64,000 bases of DNA from Azolla caroliniana (GCA_043228905.1 JBHGNT010000016.1:15562001-15626000), one strand, 5' to 3'. Numbered from the stretch's first letter, positions 12,070-27,487 are shown. The notes: generated from the letters alone by a model not told the origin. A program made the numbers and translations.

Positions 12070-15000
12070 TAACACTATGAGATTATTATAAATTGCATTA
12101 ATTACATCACATTGTTTTACCAGTGGTAAATCGGAAATTTCCGATATCAAAATGAAGTGGTATTTTTCATATTTTCCTTGTACTTTTGCATATATGATGA
12201 TGTGCTTGGAAAAAGCATTCTTTGAAACTGAGAATTTCTTTAGCAGATACTCATCATTAGTAGGTTTTTCCTTAGCCCTAGTGAAGACACCTGTCACCCA
12301 CCATTGGGAACCAACAATCTCTCACTCACCCACTTTATGTCATAGCATCCAAGTCATAAATTGATTGAACCTAGTTCCATTCATGCCAAGGGTTTGGCCT
12401 TGTCCCATCCATTTTATTCGATCTCTAAAGGGTTTGGCCTTGTCTCGCTATGCTTGCAAAGTGTGTGGATCTATATGTTTTCCACAAAAATATATAGACC
12501 GGGCATGCTTTGAAAACAAACATTTGTATGAAAGAGGGTGGTCAATTGGTACATCGATACATTTTCATTGAAAATATAATGTAGTACTAGCGCACATATT
12601 TAAACAAAATTGAGATTTCGTCTCAAGTTTCAAATATAAAATTATATGATTCCATAACTTCTTTCCATCATCACTATTTTAACAATTCTTTTGTTAGATT
12701 AGTAGAAAGCAATACATACAATCCACCTTCCAACATGACCTTAATTGTCATGCTCTTTTGAAAGTGAAGTATTTCCAAATAAACTTTTTTCCTTAATTGC
12801 GTCATTAGTTATAGTCGAGTGTTCATATGAACACTAGACAGAGCTCCATAATAAGGTGTCCCCTAAACCATTGGCTATCCTAATCTACCCCAATGATTAC
12901 ATATGTCATAAATCATTAGAGCCACATTGAAACGAGTTTTCGGCATGGAAAGAAAGAATTGTGAACCGTTATGCAAGTCAATATGTTGCATTTAAAGAAA
13001 AATAAGGGTGAGTTAATGTCAATGTACTCCTTTACACGGCGAATGGAAAGAAATGATGGATTCAATGCAAAATACTCGTACATTTCGTTCTTGATGCAAG
13101 CTCAATCATTGTTGAGCTATTATTTGTCTATCTTTCTAGATTTCATCCATTTTGCAGCTATTTATTGTTTTAAGGAATATGAAAATTAGATAACTACACA
13201 ACTAGTTACTAGAGCAATGCCATTGGGTGTGTGATGTAGAGTGCTTATTCACTTATTTATTTCATTGGTTATCACCTTTTCAAACCCTTTTCATTGTATT
13301 TGAATTTGATTGTAAGATATTGGCACAATCCAACGAAGTAGTTGAAGGAATTTATACTTGAAGTTTCCAAACAAATTAGTTTCCATAACATTTATCTGCA
13401 CTTTATCATGTATGTTCATACTACACATTTGACATTCACGAAAGTCGAATGAATCAAAACCAAAAATACACAGTATTTTTTTGGAGACATACATGTATCG
13501 AGCCTCAGTTTTAACGAAACCCCCAAATGATGGTTGAAGTCTTCTGCATCAATGCTCTCCATACATTTCGAGGGAAAGAATATGAACTCCTTTTTAAAGT
13601 CGCGGTGTACGTTACAAGAAAATGACAGTTATTTCCAACAACAAATTTTTAAACTTTACACCATGTTTTTGTTTTGTTCTACGATAACTTCAAAATTATA
13701 TGTTGCAATAATTATGATGGCAACACTTACATGTTTCTCCAATCAGTTAATATCAACAACATGATGTTTTTGTTTGTCTTGAGAAGAAGTATTCTTTTAC
13801 AAGTTACCCACATAATCTTTTTGAAATTGTGTCAGTTCTTTTGCTCTAATCTCAAGTATTCTACTATTACGTTGGTTTCCTTGGTATGCGATTGCATTGG
13901 TATGGAAAACTTGTATGACTAGCGTGTGCAATTGCCATTTGACCAATTGACTATTTGGGAGGTGTGGGGAGGAACAGGAACTTCATAGCACTTGCAATTG
14001 TTGGCAAGTTTTGTTAGTAGCTTACATTCGTAGGGTTTTAAACCTTGTTTTATTGCTTTCCAACACTTGATATTGAATGTCACTCTCTTGAATAAGCATG
14101 ATTCAATGTATGTTGCAAAAGCTCACTTATGGGCCTTACTTTTCTATCTCTCATATGCACCGTTGTTTCTCTCATTTATATCGCATAAAGTGGCGTGTTA
14201 TTAAATTAAAGTTAGAAGGTAGTATCCAAGAACAAGTGCATGTGTACAACACTTTCGACTAAATTCAAAAATAAAAAAGTATGTTGTCGAAACATCTCTA
14301 TGCCCATGACAATGACAACAAAGGTCTACTACATTTACAAACTAGGATTGTACTTGGGCCAACCTATATGTGACTTAATTGTTTCCTCAATAAACAAGTA
14401 AGATGGCATTCCTTGAAAGCATATGCTCATGTCCCCAATCACCTTTACAAAGAGTTTATATGCTTCCAAATTCATGAGATGTTGCAACATTGCCTTAGTT
14501 TTGACCTTCTAGATTGGTCCTTTCTCCTCTTTATCCCATTGTTCCATTTTCATTGCCATTGTTCTACTTATATTGAAGTTTGTTATTCTACATCTTGATG
14601 TGGCCTTTGATACAAAGCAAATCCTATAGGAAAAGTTCCACAATCATCCTCTTTTGCCAATTCATGAATGTCAACTAGTATAGGATAAGTTCCACAATCC
14701 TATACTAGTGGATGGTGTTGGCTCTTGCCAATTCATGAATGTGAACTATTTTTTGATAAGTTTGTTCATTAACTAAAGAGTCTTTTGATTTGCAACATTG
14801 GAGTCAAATATTACACTCATTCATCAACGTCAACATTGCAACAAGTCAATGGCAAAGAAACAAGCTTGACTTTTGGGCCCACACAAACATTGACCAAGGG
14901 AAACCAAAATCTCTCTTATCCACAAAGCCACACACAGTAACTATTTAAACATTAAATACATTCAACTAACTATTTGCTAGCCTTCTTTTTCAAAATGGTG

Positions 15001-15591
15001 GGTATAAAGAGTGTAAACAATCTTAATGGTTTTTGTCTGAGATCATGTCCAATAAGAAACAATCTTCACCTAGAAATATGGCTTTATAAATCCCTTTCAT
15101 GCAACCAAATGCTTTAAAAGTATACCATTTAATGTGTAAAAAAAGTATAGCTTTACAAAACCGACTCTTGATACCCAATGGTTGAAATTCGTAGGATTGC
15201 TTAATTAAAGCAATACCGACAAGACCATCTATGAGGAATTTTCGCAACAGTCTAGCTACAAGCAATCAATTAGCAAAACCACAAAGGTCAATAAATCTTG
15301 CAATTTGCAATCACGTCTAACCATTAGGATCACAAAGGGTAAAACATGGTCGGGATATAAAGAAGATCTTCCTCATAAATAAAAATAATGGGGAGGAACA
15401 AAGACAAAAATTGATGAAGAGATGAGTGAGCGATAGAGTTTAGCATTTTTTTAGCATTTTTTTAGACAATAGCTAATCATTTACACTTGTCCTATGAAGT
15501 TGGGAAGTGACTCAATGTTCAAGATTTTACCAACGAATGTCACAATTGACAATGTACATTGTGATTGAGAGTGAGAAACAAACATGAAAAT

Positions 15592-15634
<43 letters not shown>

Positions 15635-17699
15635 CAAAGAGAGAGAGAGAGAGAGACAATTGGCCCATGAGACAATTGGTTTACAATAAAATGGGGTATT
15701 TACCCATTCATCGAAAGTAAAATAAAATAGAACTTAAGCTAAAGAATTCTAGTATTATACAAAAACATCTTATGGTGTAACATCTTCTATAAAGGAAATG
15801 GCATTATACTAGGCCTGGTTTCATTTCCATTCAAGTCTCTCGAAAAGAAGCGGGAGGTCAAAGGGTTTCGATGTGAATGTCCAACCCAACCATAGCTTCT
15901 AGGCGGTATAGCTCACGTTCCCTTATCTTCTTAATTGTTTCCACTCCATGTTGAGTTGCTTTGAAGCCCAACATCCGAGGGCGTTTGGTTGTTCTTTGCT
16001 TTTCTGCTCCAGCAAGGGAGAGCCCGAGTGGTGTGGGTGTATCCACATTCATCGTCTCCCCCTATTCCTGAAAAGTTTCATTAGTTACATGTTGTTGAAT
16101 ATTAGAATGGTTATGGTTAACATTTTGTAGCTTATTCTCTCTATGTTGTTTTAGCTCTAAGATATACCTACCTAGCTTCTTTATATGAGGGAGAAATGTT
16201 GCATCACCGAGGGAGAATTAGAAAGGGGGATGTAATTAACTAATTTTTTGTCTTTTTCAATTTCTTACAATAGTTAGAAGAGCCTACCATGAACAATATT
16301 GAAAACAAAAGTTAATCATGACATGTTTTATAGAGCCATAAGGTGCATAGTATAAGCACCTTTAGGTGCCTTCACATGATCAAGCAATACCAATATATGC
16401 ATCTTCGTTGTACAAATGCAACGAACTTCACTTAAATGATATACTAACCATTTTTACATGTATATTTAACATTGTAGAGATTATGTTTTCTAAAAGGTTA
16501 TGTTTTCTGCACAAAAATATCCCTACTTTGATAATAATATAATATGTTGACACGATGTATGTTATAAGGAGAATGTCCAAAGGGATTGTCATATATTGGG
16601 GTAGTATCAAGTCTACCCCCTTCAATTCTAGTAATATTTGGATCTAAGTTTCTATGATTTTGATGATAAACCTCCATCAGCGGATAACGTTATTAAACCT
16701 AATAATAATTATAAACAATTTAAGTCGGTTAGATTTAGCTAGACTAGTTATTTAAATATTTATTTCATCTCTATTCTAATTCATGTGTTCTAATTGCAAT
16801 GTTATCTTCTTTTTTGTTTGATCTATACTCATAAATGTCCATTACTTCTATTATTGAAGAGGGTGAAAATTGCACCCTTTTTATTCGAAATTTTGTAGAC
16901 AAGGTTTCATGGGAAACCACTTGATTATAAAGTTTACCTCCATAAAGTGTTTGGAATCATTAGGGTCATCATTTGTGACACTACTAACTCCATTAGATGT
17001 AAAAATAGACAATAATGATGTGAATCAAAGTTTTGTGGATAAAATTATGTGACCTACAACATGAGATTGTATATTTTCTACAGAAAATCCCACACACTTA
17101 AACGGTGACTTGCATGTATTTTGCACACAAAGCAAATGGAATGTGCAACCTGGCATCTACTTTTGTTGACACGAATGCTGAAACATCATTCATATTATTC
17201 TTCTAGTGTCTTGTGTGCCCCTTTTCCGACTTTCCCACCGTTTGTGACATCTTAAGTGATGTCAAATGAGCACAACTTTTAACCTAGTACATCAACTTTC
17301 TTGCCCTCATTCTTTTTAGTGGCTTTGTGGCACTTGTCCACTTCCCCGCCATTGTGATGTCTTAAAATTATGTCAAATTAACACCACTTCACTCCAAGTA
17401 GCTCAACTTTACCACAACCCATCCCTACCTCTGGCCTTCAATGGTTTGATCCTCCTTTTTTGCCTACTCAATCGTGTTCTTTCTTATAATAATCCACTGC
17501 AACTATTTATTGCCTCTATCACGAGTATTATTTTTTAGCCATCAAACCCCTATCACATGTGTTTGTAGCCATTAGTTATAGCTCCTCGTTCATGCATTAC
17601 ACAATAACAAATGCTCATGGGCCTTTTCCTTTCTCTAGCTCTTGGTTTTCCCAACTCGTCAAAATTACAAACAAGTCATTAATCTTATTCACTTTCTCG

Positions 17700-20000
17700 T
17701 CACGCATATACTTTTTATATTCCAAATGATGGGCCATTTTTTCTTGTATTAAATTAATGACCTCACAATCTCCATGAGTTCACCTCAAGTAGTTCAACCA
17801 TTTCCAATTGACATTGTGTTGTGTAAAGAGCATTGGTAAAGCCATTTTTTTAGTGGGAGTCAACAATGTGTGTACATGATCAAACTAAATTCATGAAAAG
17901 TTCTTAGAATGAAGATAACATCTATTGCTTGAGGCATGAACCCACATTCAAAGACTCTTATGTAATTTAAAGGGCGACTCTTTCGCACCTTTATTGCACT
18001 GATTACCATAGTTTTTTATAATGTGACTTTACCATCATTTAGTTGTGGAAAATGTTTTTAAAATCTACCTTTGACAAAGCTTGAATGAGTTGTTAATTGT
18101 CACTTTAGATTTTTACAAGGTTTGCCACTACACCACCACATTTACTAAACTTATTTATAATTATGCATTCTAATCATACATATAAAGCTAATGCAATGGG
18201 CTGATGGAATCTCTAATGTTTTGGTAAAGCTTGATGTTAACACGTCATCGATGTAGCATTAGGATCACCTTTGTGGTTTTGGTTCTTTTTGCCAAGTGTG
18301 GACTCCACAAATGTTGCAACATCAATTAACACAATGGAAACGCGTTTGGGGATAATAAAAACCCACACATCTCTTCATTTAAATGAAGATTATTCATTCT
18401 AAGAAGGTTCATGCCACACGTAACCTAGGGAAATCATTTTGTATTGAGGGGAAATTTGTCTTATCCTCGATATGTACATGTACCGATGTACGATGTGTGC
18501 CTTTCCAAACATAGTATTGTTCCTCAAGCAGGACCCGAGATATGTTAGGCTCATCGTGCATTGCATGTTATGATGAATGACCTAACAACTTTCCTATCAT
18601 TATTTCATGTTCACCTCATGCATTCAAGTTTGTAACTTTATTGTTTGATGTAGAATACCTTTTGCAACAACATGATTATTGGATTGGTACGTGATAGATC
18701 TATACTTGGAAAATGAACAATTGACGTTCTGTTGAAGTTGGATGGTTGACTCTGTGCATGTCCATCTAATTGATAATACATTCATCGAAATAAAACTTTC
18801 TCCTTAAATGGACAATCATAACACATCTCTTTGATATTTTTTTATCCATTCTGGTTACTACTCTAAAGTGTCTCATTTTTTGGCAAGGGGTAAACTTACG
18901 TGTTGATAGTTTTTAAGTTCGAGAGTGACCAAGTCAACATATGCTCCAATATGGTCAATAGTATTGCTCCTCCTATTATTTTGGGCATAAAAATATGGCT
19001 TCATCCAATCAAGAATTCTAGGTCTAGTCTAAATTTGATGGGTCATGTAATCTTGTCCAAAGACTTTAGCATTTGAGTAAAATTAGTAGGATATAGGAAA
19101 TAATTAGGATCATGGTAGATTGCGCCACTTTCAACTAAACATGAAATGACTAAGCTTGGCATTTCCATTATTATTCCAGTACATAACTCCTTTAGTATCT
19201 GACGAAAAATCCCATCAACTCCAATTTGGGAAATGCAGATGGCACCATGGTTTCCACTCATAGAAACCGAATGTCTCTCTATCCATGTGACAATATTGTG
19301 CTTATGCATATTAATTATCAATTTGAAGGCTAAAGCAATAAAGATCCTAGGCATCCATATCTTTGGTAATGTGATACTTGTGAGCATGCATGGATATTGT
19401 CAAATCATTTCATTGGGCTTGATGAGTAAATGGTTTTTCCAAAGGTAAGAACAAGACAATCGAAACACCACAATTGCAAATGAAATGGAACTTCATCAAT
19501 ATGGGGCCAAAGTAACTCCTCCATTGAACAAATTGTAGAATGAGTAATGTAGCCCTAAAATAACTAAGGTGGGGCATATAATGTCAAGCTCCCATGCTTA
19601 TTAAAAGTCTTGATATAATAGACTTGTCAAAGTGGACACGAGCCATTTTCTAAATGAAGTTATATCATCAAAATTTCCTCTTTCAATTGCCTTGCATACT
19701 TTGTCACCATTTGACCATTTAACATATTGTGCATAATGTTTCCACTAGGATGCAAAACATACCAAATAGGATGAAGTATTGATGGTAAGCATTTCAACAA
19801 TATGTTAGAGAAGACGTTGCACAAATGTATACAACCCCCTTCATAGAGAAATGCGCCTCCATTGAGAGAAGATAAGAAGAGATGCCATCATACTTGAAAG
19901 TTTAATAAGACCAACCTTCCGAGCACATTACATCCAAGAGATGCTCAAACAAACTTGTTTAAACAATCATCTAAGTCTTGAACCAACTTGCATGCTTTTT
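17700..20000 (-). mobile_element. Heavily decayed retrotransposon pol remnant (probably Gypsy)
   Basis: Scattered minus-strand fragments resemble RT/RNase H segments (e.g. PYFYAQK..EEEQY, VHIEDKTN). There is no intact ORF and the boundaries are guessed. Confidence 0.3.
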
Positions 20001-23000
20001 TAAGCACTCTTAATAGGTAAGCTAAACCATCGTAGATTGTTTTTTCCCAAGAGGTTTATGAAACCTTTATTTCCACATCATTTTCTGTATCATTAGCTTG
20101 CACTTTTTCAGCTATTTTCAACTAGGTAACATCTCATATAATATTGTGCTAAGCTACACATTCCATGTATTATAACTTATATCATAAACCTAATTATTTG
20201 GCACAAGGAACAACAAGGGATTATCATCACAATGACAAATAATGAATAGACACATGCCTAATGAGCACGTGCAACATGCACATATTGAAAGAAGCTCTGA
20301 GTTTAGAAGTCACACTCATAATAATTCATTATTCATATTTTCAACATTTTGGATTCATATTTGGAAATTCGCCAAAGTCTCAACAGAAGGTAGTAAATGA
20401 CATTCTTATTCATCGTTATTTAAACCACTAACACCAACTAGCCTCATACCATCTCATCGTCATATATAATTTCTATTACAAATAAAAAAGTTGTGCATAT
20501 GTTTGTTTATCAATAATAAAGGTCATCTTCTGTGTGACAATAAGAATTTAGGGCACCATCTCCTTTGAGCTCAATCGTAACAAGTTTTATATGCATAAGG
20601 GTCAAGGAAATAGCCAATGCATTCCATATGTTCTTAGTATGTACGCATGATACATTCCAATGACCATCAAGAATTACATTTTACATTCAAAGTATTTAAT
20701 CCCATAAATTTTTATGAATTTTAATCTCAACTACACAAAACACATCCCAACAATTATTGAATAATTTGCACATTTCATGAATTTTAAATAAGGAGCAAGT
20801 TCCATGTATACTCTAGGATATATACAGTCTATGATTTTGTTGAGCATACTCTTTCTCCTTCTAGGGTAAATATTTCAACAAAATGTCAAGAGATTGTGCA
20901 TAGAAGCACAATAAGTAGATAGTCCTTTTGATAAGTTGACTTGAGTCTTGGATAAGTTAGAATGCATGTCTAGTGTCTTAGAAAATCACCTATCATAGGG
21001 TTTGCTCGTCCTGCCATCTCACATACGCTTTTGTCCATGCTCAACAATATGAATTCATATTTGATTTTTTTTTAACATTGAATAATGGGCTGATTGATCG
21101 TCACATGATATCTTCACATTTAATGGCCAATAATGTGGTCTCATGGCTCATATTTTACTAGTAGAAAGGCTTTCATTTACAAATATTTATGTCCTTGCCA
21201 TGTATCAATCAAGTTGTTTATTTGTTGGTGTTCTCACTACATTTGGCACAATGATGTTTGATATTGTAACATCCGCATTTGGTGCATTCCTAAGGATGTT
21301 ATTGTCATGGTTCCTCATCCACGTGATGCATAATTTATTCAATTTATTTTACAAAGAAGAAGTAGAAAGGGACATCATATTTTCATGTGATAACATACAT
21401 ATATTTATGGAGAGGAGAAGGCAAAAGCCAAATTGTATATGCATCTGTGAAGATTTATAAAAGAGAGACATGCCGCCTACTTGCATTCGCTTCACATATG
21501 TGTGTGTTATATACATGTGAAGATTTTCTCTCTTGTCACATGCCCATCCTTCTCTTTCTAGATAGAGTAAGCTCCATCACTACACCACCTCTACTCTTAA
21601 ATGTCTATACTGATTCAAACAAAGGTTTTATACATTGCATTTAAATCATGTAATTCGCCAAACAAATCATCATATTATGTTTGAAATCAATACAATTTAT
21701 AATTTCATGTGGTGTTATAATACATGTTAACCATTCACATTCCAAGTCCTACTTATGCTGTTATATTTTGCAATAGGAAACCTATTATTTATGAATCGGA
21801 CTTTGGGGAATATTAATGTTGAGACCCTAAATTCGACATGCCTAATGTATTAGATGTAAATGAAATGAAGATCCGAATACTTTGCATCATCATGTGTATT
21901 TAACAATTTGCGGTTTAAATGGTTAACATTTCGCAACTTCCAACAAATAGCTTAACATTTTGCGGTTTAAACGGCTTCAAATCACAACTAAAACAATGTA
22001 ATAGTTTAGGTTTGGACAGTTTGAAATATATATTAAATATGGATTAACTGTACAAACTTAACATGTAGAGCCTATTATAATAATAACTTATAAGTTATAC
22101 TTTTAGATCCAATATTTTCTTCTTTGCGCAGTTTACTAAGTAGTTCAGAAGTAGGAAACTTTTCGTTGCAGAACTCTTTGTCCAAGAATTTTGCAAATGT
22201 TAGCACAAAATATTGGTTTGCCAATCGTAAAAAAACGAAGCCGAAGCACGAAACCATGAAACATTGGCTCAACAACTTAACGGTTTTTACAGTTCAATTC
22301 AATTGGATATATAGTTTCAAACTATTTTAACGATTTAAGTTTGTGACTTCCGAACAAAATCAAACTATTGGCGATTGCTAATAGAAACTACTTAAATATG
22401 CTTTGTTATTCTATGATCTAAGCATGGAGAAGATTTTAACAAAACAACAAAGTATTTCTCTCTCTTGACTCTTTTATATCTCTCTCATCTAGTGTATAAA
22501 TGTCGAGGAGGTATAGTCATTCCCCTTGTGATAATTGACCTAGACTATTGGGAACTGACCACATACATCACGTTGAACCACCACAACAACCTATCCAAGT
22601 TCCATCATAATAAATGCCACAACAAACTAACGACAATACATTTATCTTGACATAACACATGATATTCCCTTAAGGTTGAAAAGAAGACCTCGACTAAGCA
22701 TGATCTTTATGTTTCATTGCACATAATACCTCACATTAATTATTGAAAGCAGTTCTCCACATATCATACATCTTAGGGAGCCATATTACATCCCATGTAA
22801 GTATAATTCTAGTTCACCAGTTTGACTTCGAACACAATTGCATTGTCCATCTATATCATCACATAATCCACAAAGTAATCACTTTTAAAGATTACAACAA
22901 AAGACTTGATTATGCCCCAATCGCTCCAGAACAACTTTGTTGCCAAGCTTATTTTTCCAATGATGAAGTGAATTTACCATTCCTATCAATTTTGAGTTTT

Positions 23001-25849
23001 AATGGTTGATTACATGGGAAAACGTGATTATGTGTGTTTTACCATGGGTATTAGGTTTCCCTTGAAATTGATCATAATATGGTATAGTGGCTCAATAAGA
23101 TTCATAGAGGAGTTGGCCGAAACTATTTAGGAGATTGCCTATTTTCCATTCTTAAGAACTGTGAACATTTGGCATGAGCATGGATTTACCTTTGAGGTTG
23201 ATCCTCGTTCCTTACATGTTTTTCTCCAACATATGTCCATTTTGGTTCCAAAACCACCATTTATTGAATTAATTATATCCCCTTTGTATTTTTCAACAAG
23301 ATTTGGCAATTACACATCATTACGAGGACAATGAAGCACCACCATTGGTGTCTACTAGCTTGAGCATTCTACCATAAAATGACAACATTAGCTACAACAT
23401 TTGATGTGAATATTGGCCAAACATTGGAATGATCTCATCTCCAATGTTTTTATATTAAACTAAAGTGTCAAATTGGTGTTCCATATTTGTTTTTGTCGTG
23501 TGTGGGGGCCACTATCATTTTCCTTAACTACTTCATTGTTGATGTATAAAATGGCCAAAGATTTTAATTACTTAAAATATAACCCTTGTGCCATTGTATA
23601 ATAGATCTTCCTCGCTATTTCTATGCACCATAACATTAAGCCACTAATGGCCCAATAGCCACCAATGTGTTATCCTATAAATAAACAAATTATTATTTTA
23701 TAGTAAGAAACTGAGAAGGCCTTGAATTTCTCTTTTTAATACATCTCGATTCTCTATGTTTGTGATATCATACTAATATTAGATAGCTTGTACAAAGAGT
23801 CACATTCCAATGAAATTGGGAAAACATGCTTTTGAACATATATTCATTCGATGCTTACATTCATTTAAGAACAAATTTAGGGAAGACTTATTATGTTAAC
23901 AAGATAGAAGTATTGGACCACTCACAATTGCTACATGCATTCATGAATTTCTTGAACATTGAGAGGCATTGATAAATTTACATTGACTATGTTAAAATGT
24001 TTCATTGGTCCCATAGGTTCTATGTGACTTTTAAGGAAAAGATGATTCAATGAGAAATCTCGAAACTTTTCCCTTGTTAATCTCTATTTAACTTAGTTCC
24101 TAAGAATTTACTCTTGCAATCCTATTTTATGATTGACATTTTCACATAGACTAGGTAATAGGGAAATTGGAATCAGCATTTTACACGAAGCATATAAATT
24201 TGAAAGTAAACAAACATACTTTTTAAATTATTATTTTACGTACAATAGAAATAGAAGCAAGGCCAATAAATTTTCTCGATATTTATGATGGTATTATTGA
24301 ACTACAATAGGGTAGTTAAAATCTCAAAACCATCATAACATTTATGAAAAGAAATTAAAGGTTAAATAATATGAATAGGCATCCAAAAAAACTTTCTTTA
24401 ACAAAGAAGTTGTACCTTTTCTCTTTCAATTATGAGAAGTGGTTGAATAGGTGATGTCAATACATTTGTAGCCTAGAGGGATCCTTCTATTGTCCAGGGA
24501 CGGTGGGGGAAGTCCTCGGCAAGAGATAGCACCATTGAATATTGCCACCTTGCAATCGCGACATCGAGAAAACATACAAATGAGAGTGATCCATTGGGAA
24601 TTGATAGTTGTCAATATAATTGTACCTATACATTGTTATTAAGAACAAGTAACATGTGTCAATTGATCAAAACGATTTTAACACTGATTCATGATTTGGA
24701 ACTACGATTTTACTTTAGGTCGTTTTTTGTAGAAAGATAATTGATGGGTATATTAACTCAATGGATTTATAATTCTCTATATGTGGAAAATAGATACTAT
24801 CTTAGAAAGATATATTTGTTTGTTTGATTAAAGACAATCGAAAGAGCCGTTAGAAGGGTGGCTTAGGATCGTGGTCTTAACGTTTGAAGAAGATAGTTAC
24901 TAATAAACCACAGAACAAAGAAGATGCTTTAGATTAATGTTCTTAAACCCCAACTTTGGAATATTCTTTTATGCGTGCATCTATAATGAAGAATCAAATG
25001 ATAACCATCAATATGCTCTAGCTGATGCATACGACTTCAACCAACTGCAAATAATGTGGCATATACGTACACATCAAATGCATGCATTATTGTATTCACC
25101 TAGGCAAATGTGATGTGTTGATCAATACCATGTTTATTTCTTAGCATTGCACAAACCTACCCATTTGTGAGATGAGGAAAGACACGAGTCCATTTTTATA
25201 GGAGACAGTAACTCCTAGAAAAGAAATGTATGTGATAATAAAGGACAAATTCATAAGTGACAATCTTAAAAGAGTTACAACTTTTAGATGCAAAGTGAGC
25301 CTCATTTAAGAGTGATCAATAGGTATAATTGAACATATAGTAATTGTAAACCTCTTTTAGAGAGAGTGGAGTTCTTTTGCATAGAAATAACAAACTATTC
25401 CCATCATTGCATGAGTAACAACCAACTTTTTTATGCATTCTGTCATATGTTTGTTAAAATCTTATGAGTTGAGTTTACGATTTTGGGTTTCAAGAGTGTT
25501 GTTAAAAGATATCGATAGAAATTTCTTACGACGAATCGATCGATCTCTTTGTGGGGACATGGCATTGATGCCCTTATTTAAGTTCACTTAATCAAGGGCC
25601 ATTGGTGAGTGTGGTAGAAAATACATTAATGCATATTTGTGAACCTTATCTTGTTACCAATTGTAAACTTTAATACATGATTTTGTGGATTATGACATTG
25701 TATTGCTAGATCAACCACTCTTTTACTATGACCCTATTCATATTAATCAACGAACTTGGACTCGTTATTTTCTTTTCAACTCTCAAGCTCAAGCCCCACT
25801 ATTAGAGTTTTAAATGTATTAGGGTGAGTGTAATGTGAGTAGAGTTGTA

Positions 25850-27487
25850 TCAACAAATGGATTGAAAGAGAGATTCACATAGACACGAGGAAAGACAACC
25901 TTATTATCTTGCAACAACTTCTCTTTATGAATATGTTATCATGAGACGATAGCCGAGCTTGCCCCATTAACATCTGGAGGAAGAAGGACATGGCAAAGGG
26001 TATTGATACTAGTTTGCAAATCCATATATCTATGCTTGAATATCTAGTTTTGTGATGGTTTGGTAGATGGGATGCGAGACACTTGCTTCATGATGCATCA
26101 CTAGATTCCTCTGTAAATGAGGCATTTTTGCAACGCCTATGTATCATGACATGGGACAAATGTGGAGGCTCACACTTCACACATTATACTACATATGTTG
26201 CACCTAACTACAAAACCATATTCTTTGCGGAATGGTGTCGTAAAGGGATACGACCGATTGGTGCCACCACAATTCCACACTTGCCGCAACTACAACCACG
26301 CATCTCAACTTGGTTCAGTGACCCATCACTCCTTGGAGATCCACCTGATTCAACTCATTGGAGTTGATTTACATTCTAGACTCAAAGTTCTTTAGTATTA
26401 TTGTTATTAGGGATTTATTTGCATTATTTTGTAACAAATGTTGTGTAGTCAAAACCATGTAATGTATTTCATGTGCACCATATAACGCACATGCAAAGTT
26501 TCTCTACATGTGTGCCACATGGCCCACATGCTTTATATCGTGCACATGCACAAGCTTCTCTAGGTGTGTGCCACGTGGCCTACATGTAATGACATCGATT
26601 TAGTATAAGAGGGGAGGATTATTGTCATGGGGGGGAGGGGGGGAACAATCAAAGAGTTCTATTTTGTAAAGGGTTTTTCTCTCGAAGAAATAGCGAATTT
26701 CCTATTTTGGCATTTCTTCTTCGTCTACGTTTGAGGAGTAGCGTTGTATGGTATTTTCCTTATAATTCTCAATTCTGACGTCTGTTTTCGACGTTCTATA
26801 GCTCGTTGGAAAGCCCTCCAGAGGGCTTTCTAATTTTTGTTTGCACACTTAATTTGGTTACGTAGGTGGAACGATATAAGGTTTTTTGTCTTCACGGGTA
26901 GGGTTGCAAACCACTCGTGACTATTAAGATACTTCTAGCTCAACTTCCCACTCTTCTCTTTCATCTTCTTATTTCCACTCTCCTAGTTCAGAACTCTAGC
27001 GGTTCCGCCCGGACACGCCAAGCTCTTATATGCGACGTGCTTTGACACGACAACGGGGAAACCGTACACACCGATACATGTTAGAGCCCATACCGTTATC
27101 TACCATTCGAACCATTGCTTCCATGCGACTTAGCTCACATGCATTGCGATGTGAGAGAGGGCGTTGGGGCACAAGTGACGAGAGTGGTCGGCTATGCACA
27201 CTTTTCCCTAAACAAGTTCGTGAGTCTGAGTATCACACTTTGATACAATGCTTTGCCTTTGATCATATTCGACCATGCTTTCCACATCTCTTCGACCGAG
27301 CCCAAACCTTGCATGAATTTCTCTCACAACTACAATGTGCACTCTCGATTGCAACATCCATTGGTAAAGTTCTTGAACATCGAGAGTCACTACTCACTCT
27401 CACACGTATCACATTAAATGTAATATTTTTGGTCTCATAGGTCATATTTGACCTCCGAAGATGATAATATAATCTATCTATCTATCT
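25850..27487 (+). mobile_element. 5'-truncated non-LTR retrotransposon (RTE-X-like C-terminus) split by a solo LTR
   Basis: Removing 26236-27052 and one TSD copy restores the frame ...KTIFFAERGNRTHRYMLEPIPL...MRLSSHALRCERGRW...RLCTLF...ESEYHTLIQC. The 3' end has a hairpin AGGTCAtattTGACCT and an (ATCT)n tail. Confidence 0.7.
26236..27052 (+). mobile_element. Solo-LTR-like insertion (817 bp)
   Basis: Termini TGTCGT...ACGACA, 4-bp TSD ATGG/ACGG, a TATA-like TATAAGA at ~26605 and a CACATG/CACGTG-rich duplicated block upstream of it. Confidence 0.75.

Noticed and set aside
12100-25800. Numerous 60-115-aa ORFs as host genes, including a possible Hedgehog-like ligand near Patched
   Set aside because: They are AT-rich, with no consistent splice pattern or recognisable domain, and no Hedge/Hint motif was seen. 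They are best explained as decayed repeats.
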